Shown here one piece after another: positions 33,476 through 42,548 of a DNA stretch of 64,000 nucleotides. Below the pieces are notes generated by a model. The model was not told the DNA's origin. It saw only the letters and a program-made list of their open reading frames with translations, and ran no database searches. Within the stretch, counting starts at the first letter, position 1, and each line of letters starts with the position of its first letter. Source of the stretch: Fidelibacterota bacterium (lineage in GTDB: Bacteria > Fidelibacterota > Marinisomatia > Marinisomatales > TCS55). The position numbers and the translations under genes were made by a program. Location of the stretch: contig JBHHTW010000002.1 of NCBI GenBank assembly GCA_046861385.1, forward strand, positions 78,948-142,947. Direction: 5' to 3'.

Positions 33476-33571
33476 TGTCATCACGAGAAACGGAGCGACG
33501 AAGTGATCTCCTTGGAAGTGATGAAAGAAGGAGATGGCTTCATCGCTCATCCCTCACTTCTTGCAATGACA
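33476..33571. repeat. Long palindromic intergenic element, family B copy 2
   Basis: tgtcatcacgag...gcgacgaagtgatctcctt...aaggagatggcttcatcgct...ttgcaatgaca. Confidence 0.8.
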
Positions 33572-33613
33572 TTAATTTCTTTCAAATTATAATCGATACC
33601 AGGTTAAAAAATC

Positions 33614-34192
33614 ATGATTAATCGACAGGATATTATTAAAAAGATTAGAGAAAGTTCTGATGTTGTAAATACCATGATTGTTGCTTGTGCTGAGGAGATT
33701 GAAAACGCTGCAGAATTGATGATAAAGGCAGTTCAAAATGGAAAAAAGATCTTATGGTGCGGAAACGGCGGTAGCGCTGCAGATGCTCAACATATGGCAG
33801 CAGAACTCATGGGCGGATTGGTAACTCATGATCGTCCTGCCATTCAATCCATAGCCCTTACAACAGATACGTCATTCATCACTGCCTGGGCAAATGACAC
33901 TGATTACGAATCCATATTTTCTCGCCAGATTGAGGGCCTCGGCGATGGAGGCGATGTTTTGATTGCAATTTCCACTAGTGGAAATTCCAAAAACGTGATA
34001 AGAGCTGTGGATGCGTGTAAAAAGAAAGGAATTTCTGTTATTGTCCTGACCGGTAAAGCAGGTGGAATTTTAAAAGACATGGGTGATATTACGATTTCGA
34101 TTCCCAGTAGTGATACACAGCGCATCCAAGAAGGGCATTTACTGGCAGAACACATCCTCTGCGAATTACTTGAAAAGTCTGTCATAGGATAA
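33614..34192 (+). CDS. gmhA: Phosphoheptose isomerase
   Basis: CGNGGSAADAQHMAAE, ISTSGNS, RIQEGH. Confidence 0.94.
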   Translation: MINRQDIIKKIRESSDVVNTMIVACAEEIENAAELMIKAVQNGKKILWCGNGGSAADAQHMAAELMGGLVTHDRPAIQSIALTTDTSFITAWANDTDYESIFSRQIEGLGDGGDVLIAISTSGNSKNVIRAVDACKKKGISVIVLTGKAGGILKDMGDITISIPSSDTQRIQEGHLLAEHILCELLEKSVIG

Positions 34193-34195
34193 GAA

Positions 34196-35086
34196 ATGGA
34201 AGCACATCTCTATGATTATATCACCATGCTCCGAGTGGAACGAAACCTGTCACTAAATACTATTGAGGCGTATCGTCGCGATCTAAAAAACTATATTTCC
34301 TATTTAGAGGACAGAGGGCTGAAAAGCATTAGTGGAATTAAGCAAAAACATATTCGGGGATTTATCCGGGAATTGGCCGACGCTCATTTATCACCTGCCA
34401 GCATTGCACGGATATTTTCATCCATTCGAACCTATCATTCATTTTTGAGCACAGAACATTTTTCAAATACAAATCCATCCCAACTGCTTGAAGCACCAAA
34501 GTTACCTCGTAAACTGCCGGAAATTTTAACGGTTCAGGAAGTGGATGATATATTGGATGCGGTGGATAGATCAGCAAAATTAGGCAAAAGAGATTTGGCA
34601 TTATTGGAAATATTATATTCAACGGGACTTCGAGTGTCGGAAGTTTGCAATCTTAATTTAACCGGAATATTATTCGACTTTGAAATGATCCGTGTTATCG
34701 GCAAAGGTGATAAAGAACGTCTAGTCCCCTTGGGGAAGCAAGCTTTGGAGCGGTTGAACGACTATATTCAAAAAGAACGCCCGGCTCTTTCCCGCAAACG
34801 AGAAACAAAAGGCATTGTTTTTTTAAGCAGGAACAGCAGACCGCTGACGAGAATGACGGTCTATAATATTTTAAAGAAATGGTGCCAGGCAGCAGGGATT
34901 ACCAAAAAAGTCAGCCCTCATACTATGAGACATTCGTTTGCCACGCACTTATTGGAAGGCGGCGCCGACCTGCGAGCCGTTCAGGAAATGCTGGGGCACG
35001 TGGATATTTCCACTACCCAGATTTATACCCATTTAGATAAAGAACATTTGAAGGAGGTTCACCGGACATTTCATCCCCGGTGGTAA
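34196..35086 (+). CDS. xerD: Site-specific tyrosine recombinase XerD
   Basis: ERNLSLNTIEAY, TGLRVSE, GKGDKER, HTMRHSFATHLLEGGADLRAVQEMLGH, TTQIYTH, FHPR. Confidence 0.92.
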   Translation: MEAHLYDYITMLRVERNLSLNTIEAYRRDLKNYISYLEDRGLKSISGIKQKHIRGFIRELADAHLSPASIARIFSSIRTYHSFLSTEHFSNTNPSQLLEAPKLPRKLPEILTVQEVDDILDAVDRSAKLGKRDLALLEILYSTGLRVSEVCNLNLTGILFDFEMIRVIGKGDKERLVPLGKQALERLNDYIQKERPALSRKRETKGIVFLSRNSRPLTRMTVYNILKKWCQAAGITKKVSPHTMRHSFATHLLEGGADLRAVQEMLGHVDISTTQIYTHLDKEHLKEVHRTFHPRW

Positions 35087-35089
35087 ATT

Positions 35090-35707
35090 ATGTTATTTAG
35101 AATTCCTGTAGAAATATTAGTCTTATTAATTCCTGTGTTGCTGTTTGCTCTGGTTTTTCATGAATTTTCACATGCCTGGGTCGCCAATAAACTGGGTGAT
35201 CCCACAGCCCGTTATTCCGGAAGGCTCACGCTAAATCCAATGGCACATTTAGATCCATTCGGTTCATTAATGATTTTGTTTGTGGGCTTTGGCTGGGCGA
35301 AACCGGTACCGGTGGATACCCGGTATCTTTCCAATCCACGGGTGGATATGATGAAGATCGCCTTTGCTGGGCCGGCAGCAAATCTATTATTGGCATTCAT
35401 TGGCGGAACAATTATTCGGTCTGGTTTTGTGGACGGATCCATTGCAACTATGCTTTTTTTATTTACTCAGATCAACATTATGTTGGCAGTATTTAATATG
35501 ATTCCCATCCCACCATTGGACGGCTCCCAAATATTTTCGGGAATTATGATGAAGAGAAATCCGGAGCTTGTTTACAAACTGCAGACCTATGGACCACAAA
35601 TATTATTGGGATTAATCATGATTGGATATTTTACAAGAATCTCACCTATTTGGATGGTGATGAGTCCCTTTGTAAATTTCTTTCTATTTCTTTTTGCCGG
35701 TTTATGA
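35090..35707 (+). CDS. Site-2 protease (M50) family membrane metalloprotease
   Basis: HEFSH, LTLNP, GWAKPVP, AGP, NMIPIPPLDG. Confidence 0.93.
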   Translation: MLFRIPVEILVLLIPVLLFALVFHEFSHAWVANKLGDPTARYSGRLTLNPMAHLDPFGSLMILFVGFGWAKPVPVDTRYLSNPRVDMMKIAFAGPAANLLLAFIGGTIIRSGFVDGSIATMLFLFTQINIMLAVFNMIPIPPLDGSQIFSGIMMKRNPELVYKLQTYGPQILLGLIMIGYFTRISPIWMVMSPFVNFFLFLFAGL

Positions 35708-35847
35708 TCAGGGACGAAAATACTCATTATTTCAGAAGAATTATAGATCGGCGACAACCAGCCCGTTCTCTCGTAAGGACAATAATATTACTGGCTGCAG
35801 TCATTTGGCTAATTTATTATTTAATGAAATTTGCGGGAACGGGGTAA
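35704..35847 (+). CDS. Small single-TM hypothetical protein (47 aa)
   Basis: ATGA overlap with the S2P stop; MIRDENTHYFRRIIDRRQPARSLVRTIILLAAVIWLIYYLMKFAGTG*; fills the gap to ftcD. Confidence 0.6.
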   Translation: MIRDENTHYFRRIIDRRQPARSLVRTIILLAAVIWLIYYLMKFAGTG

Positions 35848-35851
35848 TTTC

Positions 35852-37549
35852 ATGAAACAGCTTGTAGAATGTGTACCTAATTTTTCTGAAGGACGAGATC
35901 TCACCAAGATCAAGCAGATTACAGATGCCATTGAAGCAGTGGATGGTATTACACTATTAGACGTTGATCCCGGTAAGGACACAAATCGGACTGTGGTTAC
36001 ATTTGTTGGATCGGTTGAAGATGTTGAAACTGCCGCCTTTCAAGCTATTGCCATGGCAGCAGAAGTGATTGATATGAGCCGGCATTCCGGCGCCCATGCC
36101 AGGATGGGTGCAACTGATGTATGTCCATTTGTTCCGGTAAGTGGTGTAACCGTAAACGATTGCGTTAAACTATCCCATCGAGTAGCACAGCGTGTGGGTG
36201 ATGAATTAAAAATCCCTGTATTTCTTTATGAACATTCAGCACAGACTGAAGAGCGAAAAAGTCTTCCTAAAATTCGCAGTGGTGAATATGAAGGGCTGGC
36301 TAAAAAATTGAAAGATCCAAATTGGAAACCCGATTATGGTCCGGCAATATTTAATTCTAAAACTGGAGCTACGGTTATGGGCGCTCGTGAATTTCTCATT
36401 GCTTACAATATCAATCTGAATACAAAAGATCAACGATTGGCCACTGATATTGCCTTTGAACTTCGTGAGAAGGGTAGAAGCCAACGGATTCCCAATCCCG
36501 ATTCTCCTAATCTCCTTGACGGCGAAATTGTTCGGGATGAGAATGGGAAAGCAGTTAAAGTGCCCGGTATATTTAAAGATGTAAAAGCAGTGGGCTGGTA
36601 CATTGATGAATTCAAGCGATCGCAAATATCTATCAACTTTAATAATTACAAAGTCTCCACCATTCATGATGTGTTTGATAAAGCATGTGAATTAGCCACA
36701 GAGCGGGGTATTCGCGTCACAGGGAGTGAATTGGTTGGCCTTATTCCTAAAGAAGCTTTATTGATGGCAGGTCGACATTATCTTCACAAACAACGCCGCA
36801 CTGCCGCCGTGCCGGAAACAGATATTATCGAATGTGCTTTACATTCATTGGGATTAAATGATTTATATCCATTTAAACCGGAGGAAAAAATTGTTGAATT
36901 TGCTGTTGGTGAAAAGAACGGACCACTCATGAGCAAAACAGTAGATGGTTTTGTCAATGAACTGTCATCTAATTCTCCGGCACCCGGCGGCGGCAGCGTC
37001 GCTGCCCTGGCTGGAAGCCTCGGTGCGGCATTGGTATCCATGGTGGCCGCATTGACTCATGAGAAAAAAGGGTTTGAAGGCTTGAAAGATGAAATGGAAA
37101 TCATGGGTAATAAAGCACAGGAAATAAAAGATAGGTTGTCATTTTTGGTGGATGAGGACACTCAAGCATTCAACGCAGTGATGGATGCGAACCGTTTACC
37201 TTCAAACTCTGAAAAAGAAAGAGCATCAAAACAAATGGCCGTGATTACTGCAAACAAACATGCCATTGAAGTTCCTTTGGAGGCGGCAGAACTTTCATTA
37301 TCGGTATTGGAAATCGCTGAAGACCTGGTGGAAAAAGGAAATCCGAATTCTGTTAGTGATGTTGGCGTCGCAGGAGAAACCGCCCTTGCTGCTGTTCGTG
37401 GAACGTGCATGAATGTGCTGATTAACCTCCCGAATATCAAAGATAAGTCCTATACAGATAGTAAAAAGAAACGTATAGATAAACTGTTAACTGAAGCTCA
37501 AAAACTTGAACAAAAGATCTATCGCCAGACGATGAAAATGATAGGTTAG
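35852..37549 (+). CDS. ftcD: Bifunctional glutamate formimidoyltransferase / formimidoyltetrahydrofolate cyclodeaminase
   Basis: ECVPNFSEGR, HARMGATDVCPF (transferase) fused to SPAPGGGSVAAL...NPNSVSDVG (cyclodeaminase); ATG 35852. Confidence 0.94.
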   Translation: MKQLVECVPNFSEGRDLTKIKQITDAIEAVDGITLLDVDPGKDTNRTVVTFVGSVEDVETAAFQAIAMAAEVIDMSRHSGAHARMGATDVCPFVPVSGVTVNDCVKLSHRVAQRVGDELKIPVFLYEHSAQTEERKSLPKIRSGEYEGLAKKLKDPNWKPDYGPAIFNSKTGATVMGAREFLIAYNINLNTKDQRLATDIAFELREKGRSQRIPNPDSPNLLDGEIVRDENGKAVKVPGIFKDVKAVGWYIDEFKRSQISINFNNYKVSTIHDVFDKACELATERGIRVTGSELVGLIPKEALLMAGRHYLHKQRRTAAVPETDIIECALHSLGLNDLYPFKPEEKIVEFAVGEKNGPLMSKTVDGFVNELSSNSPAPGGGSVAALAGSLGAALVSMVAALTHEKKGFEGLKDEMEIMGNKAQEIKDRLSFLVDEDTQAFNAVMDANRLPSNSEKERASKQMAVITANKHAIEVPLEAAELSLSVLEIAEDLVEKGNPNSVSDVGVAGETALAAVRGTCMNVLINLPNIKDKSYTDSKKKRIDKLLTEAQKLEQKIYRQTMKMIG

Positions 37550-37554
37550 AAGAA

Positions 37555-37596
37555 GGAATATGGAATAAGGAATATGGTAGATGGAATATGGTAGAT
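37555..37596 (+). repeat. Heptamer tandem repeat (GGAATAT/GGTAGAT x6)
   Basis: ggaatat ggaataa ggaatat ggtagat ggaatat ggtagat. Confidence 0.75.
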
Positions 37597-37799
37597 GTAA
37601 GAATGAGAAACCAGCTAATTACACAAACTATTCTACGGGATGAACCACTCGGTAGGTTCAAAGGCAGAAAATTAGAAAGAGGAATAAGGAAAATGACCAA
37701 TATCCAAAATATGATTGAGTGTGGTCTCCAGACTCCACGAGCCAAATATCTATTCCTCAATCACTCAATCAACCAATAATTCTTACACGATTAAATTTA

Positions 37800-39521
37800 A
37801 TGGTTATTAAGAAATTATCATCCGACCTTCGTAACAAAATCGCTGCCGGTGAAGTAGTGGAACGTCCAGCCTCTGTAATAAAGGAACTGGTAGAAAACAG
37901 CCTTGACGCCAGCGCTTCCGAAATAACAATTGTTGTTGAAAAAGGCGGGCATCAACTCATCCAAGTTACGGATAATGGAGGAGGAATTTCCTCAGATGAT
38001 TTGGGTTTAGCCGTTCAAAGACATTCTACCAGCAAAATTGCAACCTTGGATGATCTATTCAAAATAAATTCACTTGGTTTCCGGGGAGAAGCATTGGCAA
38101 GTATTGCTTCTGTATCGGACATCGAATTGACTTCGTGTGTCGATGGCAACAACGGTTACTCAATTAAGGTTCGCAATGGTGAGGCAGAGGACTTAATACC
38201 ATCAGAGCCGGTAAAAGGAACTCGAATTGATGTTTATAATTTGTTCTATAATACACCTGCCAGAAAGAAATTTTTAAAATCTCAACGGGTTGAATTTCGC
38301 CAAATTGTACAGATGGTTCGCCGTTATGGATTGGCATACCCGGAGGTGGCATTTAGACTTGTTCATGACGAGAAAGAAATTATCAATATTCAGAAGGAAA
38401 CACTGAAAGAACGAATTGATAATTTATTGGATCCTACATACAGTAATCATTTGCTGGATGTCAATATGGTTAAGGGCGATTTTGCCGTCAGTGGATTTGT
38501 GGGGAATCTAAATCTGCTTCGATCCAGACCGGGGGAGCAATACATTTTTCTCAATCGAAGATATATTAAGCATCGGTTGCTGACAAATGCTGTTTACGGC
38601 GCATACCAATCCTTGGTAAAACGGGGGGAATACCCATTTTTTGTATTGAATCTCGTTCAGCCGCCCGAACAGGTCGACGTCAACGTCCATCCTATGAAAA
38701 TTGAAGTGCGTTTTAATGATGAATGGCGACTATATCACGTTCTAAAATCAGCCGTTTCCCAAGCGCTTAAATCTGTTTTGGATACGATTCCAAACTTTCA
38801 ATCGGATGCAGGACTATTTCCTGGATTTAGCAATGATATGCGCCAGAGTAGTTTTACCCTTCCAGATACGGATACACCTATCCAGCAAGGATTGGCACGG
38901 GCAAAAACGTATATGGATACATTATCTACAAAGAAAAATACTGACAATGAGTTCATCAGTGGAAATATTTGGCAGATTCATGAGAAATATATTGTATCCC
39001 AGATTAACAGTGGTCTGGTCATCATTGATCAGCATGTTGCCCATGAACGAGTGCTTTTTGAGGAAGCCCTGGAAGCGTTTGAAGTTGCTCCATTGGGAGC
39101 CCAAACATTATTATTTCCGGAAACATTGGAGTTTTCTACCGATGAGTTTTCTGTATTATTAGACATATTGCCCAGTCTGAATCGATTAGGTTTTCGCATG
39201 AAAGAATTTGGGAAAAATACAGTGCTTGTGGAAGCAATCCCATCGGAACTGGGATGGGGGAATGAAAAAGCTGTCATTCGGGAGATTATTGATTCATTCC
39301 TGGAAAATAAGAAAAAATACAGTTCCTGGCAGGAGGGACTAGCGGCCTCCTACGCTTGCCATGCTGCCATTAAAGCAGGAGACCCCCTAAGTATTCTCGA
39401 AATGCAAGCGTTGGTGAACCGGCTTTTTGCTACCAAACATCCCTATTATTGCCCACACGGTAGACCGATCATTGTTCAGTTATCATTAGATGAATTGGAC
39501 AAAAGGTTCGAGCGGATTTAA
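37800..39521 (+). CDS. mutL: DNA mismatch repair protein MutL
   Basis: IAAGEVVERPASVIKELVENSLDA, GFRGEAL, endonuclease motif DQHVAHER, CPHGRP; ATG 37800. Confidence 0.98.
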   Translation: MVIKKLSSDLRNKIAAGEVVERPASVIKELVENSLDASASEITIVVEKGGHQLIQVTDNGGGISSDDLGLAVQRHSTSKIATLDDLFKINSLGFRGEALASIASVSDIELTSCVDGNNGYSIKVRNGEAEDLIPSEPVKGTRIDVYNLFYNTPARKKFLKSQRVEFRQIVQMVRRYGLAYPEVAFRLVHDEKEIINIQKETLKERIDNLLDPTYSNHLLDVNMVKGDFAVSGFVGNLNLLRSRPGEQYIFLNRRYIKHRLLTNAVYGAYQSLVKRGEYPFFVLNLVQPPEQVDVNVHPMKIEVRFNDEWRLYHVLKSAVSQALKSVLDTIPNFQSDAGLFPGFSNDMRQSSFTLPDTDTPIQQGLARAKTYMDTLSTKKNTDNEFISGNIWQIHEKYIVSQINSGLVIIDQHVAHERVLFEEALEAFEVAPLGAQTLLFPETLEFSTDEFSVLLDILPSLNRLGFRMKEFGKNTVLVEAIPSELGWGNEKAVIREIIDSFLENKKKYSSWQEGLAASYACHAAIKAGDPLSILEMQALVNRLFATKHPYYCPHGRPIIVQLSLDELDKRFERI

Positions 39522-39656
39522 GCATATAGAGACCCGAGAAATCTTGAATATTTTCTCCAGTTTTTCAATTGGAGCCCTCATGATAATACATCTGGAAATG
39601 TCATCATTTCAATCAGAAAGAATTAGAATGATATTGACCCGAGATATATTCGATAC

Positions 39657-40100
39657 TCATTTTTGCTTCATTTCTTCATACCGTTTGATATAATCATCCA
39701 CAGTTGATTCAGCAATAATTTCACCAAGAATCTCCAACGGTATTTGGTCGACTGTCTTAAAGCGGATACAGGATTTACCCATATTGGGATTAATTCCCAT
39801 ATCTGAAAAGCCTTTTTGTAATTTATCCATTCTCTTCGAATTCATGTAAACGCACATTAAATACAGTGATATATAATGTTTTTGAGATGCTAATGCGGCT
39901 AATCCCAAAGGTCGCTTATTATAGGTGTTCGGGTAAACCTTCAAGGGAATTTCGTAGCTGATCATGCCCCAGTTCATGGTTTCTTCATACCCATGGGGAA
40001 GGCTGTTAACAATGACCGTACGAACAGCGGTAATTGTTTTTCGTCGTTCAATGGGTAATTCATCTAAATATTCTTTAACTGTTTTGGCTTTACTTTGCAT
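39657..40100 (-). CDS. DUF1801 (YdhG-like) protein, putative cassette cargo
   Basis: TVKEYLDELP, GYEETMNWGMISY, LASQKHYISLY, MGKSCIRF. Confidence 0.85.
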   Translation of the reverse strand: MQSKAKTVKEYLDELPIERRKTITAVRTVIVNSLPHGYEETMNWGMISYEIPLKVYPNTYNKRPLGLAALASQKHYISLYLMCVYMNSKRMDKLQKGFSDMGINPNMGKSCIRFKTVDQIPLEILGEIIAESTVDDYIKRYEEMKQK

Positions 40101-40156
40101 GTATAATCGTTTTTACTTTTTAATCAATGTTAGTCAGAAATGAACCGAACTGAATA

Positions 40157-40810
40157 TTAGAATAGCTTGCCAATTTTTAATAATTCCATATCAATAATAC
40201 TTTTATTGTTCGCCATGCCTCCGCCTAAATAGTCAGTATTATCACCTGAGAAATATCTCCCTCCAAAAAGACTAAATCCCCAATACCATCCATTATATCC
40301 GTATTTACGATATCCTATACCAAAAGTTAAACCTAGTTTCGATGTGCTTGTAACTTCGTCTAATTCTCCATAAGTAATCCCCAAAAACGAGTTTCCCTCT
40401 CGACCGTGTAGATATGTATACCGCAACCCACTACTGAAATAAAAACCATTACGGTGTTTTCCAATAAAACTTCTGTAATGACAATCTACGCTAAAGGACT
40501 TTAGCTCATCCTCCCCAGTAGCATAATAAAATGGGAATGCAATTTCAGCTCTGTCAGTAACTGAAAATAGTGAAATACTGCCTGTTACACCAAAACCGTT
40601 ATCTCTTGTGGATGATAAAAGGAAGTATACAGGGTTTAGCTCAACACCAAAGGTTATTCCATCTAATGGATCAATATATTCAACTTCACCTAATATTTTT
40701 TCCTGGTTATTTAGAATTTTCTGCTGGTTAGCCAACAGTGTATCCACCTGTATTTTTTCCTGCATAAAAACAAGTGAGCTTAATATCACTAAAAATTGCA
40801 GCTTCTTCAT
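40157..40810 (-). CDS. Hypothetical exported protein, probable small outer-membrane beta-barrel
   Basis: Signal peptide, short coiled coil, alternating aromatic/Gly beta strands (GFYFSSGLRY, LTFGIGYR), C-terminal F. Confidence 0.6.
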   Translation of the reverse strand: MKKLQFLVILSSLVFMQEKIQVDTLLANQQKILNNQEKILGEVEYIDPLDGITFGVELNPVYFLLSSTRDNGFGVTGSISLFSVTDRAEIAFPFYYATGEDELKSFSVDCHYRSFIGKHRNGFYFSSGLRYTYLHGREGNSFLGITYGELDEVTSTSKLGLTFGIGYRKYGYNGWYWGFSLFGGRYFSGDNTDYLGGGMANNKSIIDMELLKIGKLF

Positions 40811-40889
40811 GATGAATTGTATCCTAATTATATAACTAAGTTTTCAATAATAAACGTAACGGTCAATAAAATTCCTCATTTTTATTTTT

Positions 40890-40949
40890 GGTTATCGGTC
40901 GAGCTGAGGGGCGGGCGATAGTATGTCCCCCTCTAGTGCATTGTTATTC
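40890..40949 (-). mobile_element. attC-like integron recombination site (degenerate R')
   Basis: Minus strand: GAATAAC (contains the SDR stop) - 5 nt - ACT(A)GAGGGG ... CCCCTCAGC - 6 nt - GATAACC; one extrahelical base in L''. Confidence 0.65.
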
Positions 40950-41669
40950 ATGACTGTAAATGACCGGCATTTTTCCTTTCCATTCATCCCATAACTCTGA
41001 ATTTATAGCTAATTCAGACATGAAGTCAGCAACATTAATACGACTAATTGAACCAGCATCAAATATCGCATTTCTATTGGGAGAAGTGTGTATGTCGTAT
41101 GGGCTGACTTGATCTTCATTTATGAGGGCATCAGGACGAACCGCCGCCCACTCAATACTATTGTTGTTTTGTCCAATTTTAAGGCGAAGAAAATCCGCAG
41201 CATTCTCATTGTCTACATGAGGAGGAAGTAACAAACGTAAGATAGAAATGACAGCCCGTTGGGAAAATGGAGGCTTTTCAGGGATATCACGATTACTATT
41301 ACCCGTTGTATTCATGAGAATTATTTTCGTTTTGTAATTAGTGCGAGCAGTCTCAATAGTTTTTGATACTTTTTTAATAGCATTCGTTACAAGGCGTCTA
41401 GGTTGGCCGAACATGCCTTTGAAAGTTAAATTGTGCCCTAGACAACAAAGAACTGCTTCACAATCTCTAATATACTTAGCGAGGTCACTTTCTGGCATTT
41501 CGGATATGTCTGCCTCAACTACTTGCAGGCGTGGGGGATGGCCGACCATGTCCGTTAATGAATTAGCATTTCGAACAATGGCGATTACCTCAACACCTTT
41601 TTGAAGCAGTATTTTTACAAGTAACCGACCCGTCGCACCACTGGCACCTAAAATTAACATTTTCTTCAT
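40944..41669 (-). CDS. NAD(P)-binding atypical SDR / BVR-B-like oxidoreductase, putative cassette cargo
   Basis: LGASGATG Rossmann motif, WAAVRPDAL, ISRINVADFM; GAGGA SD. Confidence 0.88.
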   Translation of the reverse strand: MKKMLILGASGATGRLLVKILLQKGVEVIAIVRNANSLTDMVGHPPRLQVVEADISEMPESDLAKYIRDCEAVLCCLGHNLTFKGMFGQPRRLVTNAIKKVSKTIETARTNYKTKIILMNTTGNSNRDIPEKPPFSQRAVISILRLLLPPHVDNENAADFLRLKIGQNNNSIEWAAVRPDALINEDQVSPYDIHTSPNRNAIFDAGSISRINVADFMSELAINSELWDEWKGKMPVIYSHE

Positions 41670-41693
41670 TTTATCCTCGATTTTTATTGAGAT

Positions 41694-41747
41694 TCATAAT
41701 GGATGAAATTACCTGCAGGTTCGACTTCATGAGTAATCATGGAGTCG
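41694..41747 (-). mobile_element. Right half of a decayed attC-like site
   Basis: Minus strand: hairpin CGACTccatga-ttac-tcatgaAGTCG, then CTGCAGGTAAT-TTCATCC-ATTATGA (R' with G>A), followed by the SD and start of the SDR gene. Confidence 0.4.
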
Positions 41748-41748
41748 G

Positions 41749-41824
41749 TTCCAACGAGGTAGCTCTGCGATCCCGCCATAGCTCCGATCAGGAGAACGCG
41801 GATCCGTAGCAGCGTGAGTAAGAT
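41749..41824 (-). mobile_element. attC-like integron recombination site
   Basis: Minus strand: ATCTTAC-TCAC-GCT(G)CTACGGATCCGC...GCGGGATCGCAGAGC-TACCTC-GTTGGAA; GC-rich imperfect palindrome in AT-rich DNA just after a gene stop. Confidence 0.7.
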
Positions 41825-41851
41825 GTATCAAAATATTATTAAAAATATTAT

Positions 41852-42385
41852 TCAATTTTTTATCATGTCATAAACTAATGGGAAGGAACCGCTAACACCA
41901 GTATCCAACTTTAATTGGTCTATTCTAACATCAAGTTCTATACAGCCCCCAAAGCCGGTAAAAATACCAAATTTAGGATGATTGGCTTTCCCTTTATATC
42001 GCCATAAACCTGCAGTTAATCCTGTACATGGAAATCCTGTATGTATCTTCCCAAATGCACCATATTGTCCCTCAATATACCAATAGTTCCTTTTTCCATC
42101 ATTATTCTGTGGAACCGCAAGAGCATTCACACCAATAGTGACATTATAAAATCTATACCCTTCTGGCGTTATATACTCAAATTCACTATTGGGACCAGAT
42201 GTTAATGGATAATTCATATTATTTTCGTAGGCATGACCAAAGCTAAGTTTTGCTCCGATAGTGAAACCTGACCCCCATTGATAGCCAAACCTTAAACCCG
42301 GACTTATATAAAATGGATCATCTTTCGCAAATACCAATGCAAATAGCATAATTTGAATAATAATACTTTTATAATAATTCATCAT
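41852..42385 (-). CDS. Hypothetical exported protein, putative first cassette
   Basis: Signal-peptide-like N-terminus, Gly/aromatic beta-strand pattern; ATG about 10 nt after a GTTGGGT core site. Confidence 0.6.
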   Translation of the reverse strand: MMNYYKSIIIQIMLFALVFAKDDPFYISPGLRFGYQWGSGFTIGAKLSFGHAYENNMNYPLTSGPNSEFEYITPEGYRFYNVTIGVNALAVPQNNDGKRNYWYIEGQYGAFGKIHTGFPCTGLTAGLWRYKGKANHPKFGIFTGFGGCIELDVRIDQLKLDTGVSGSFPLVYDMIKN

Positions 42386-42394
42386 TTCTTGTAC

Positions 42395-42452
42395 ACCCAA
42401 CTAGTAACTAACATGCACATATGCCATATAGCATGCTTATTTAGCGTGTTAC
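42395..42452 (-). mobile_element. attI-like site at the head of the cassette array
   Basis: Minus strand ...gcatgctatatggcatatgtgcatgttagttactaGTTGGGTgtac: a GTTRRRY core with no matching attC stem. GTTGGGTgtac is imperfectly complementary to atacATCTTAC at the far end of the same cassette. Confidence 0.4.
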
Positions 42453-42548
42453 ACTGTCTTTGTAAACTATTATTCATAACCTAATTTCTCCATAAACAAT
42501 TTATAGAATTATTCAATGATTTCCTATTTTGCGCACCATTAATAAAAC

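Noticed and set aside
33439-33621. 60-aa ORF between GGGPS and gmhA
   Set aside because: Mostly a translation of the family B palindromic repeat.
34196-35086. XerD as the integrase of the cassette array or of a prophage
   Set aside because: It has typical chromosomal XerD length and motifs, lacks the IntI-specific insertion, and sits in a housekeeping operon 4.5 kb from the array.
37588-37799. 63-aa ORF and the N-terminal extension of mutL from 37719
   Set aside because: The ORF starts in a heptamer repeat and has no motifs; MutL homology begins at ATG 37800.
39531-39644. 9-bp direct repeat gacccgaga as a target-site duplication of the island
   Set aside because: Both copies lie on the same side of the island, 105 bp apart; I saw no matching copy at the miaA end.
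40101-40156. attC between the beta-barrel-like gene and DUF1801
   Set aside because: Only a GACTAAC R''-like heptamer is visible, with no palindrome or R' box.
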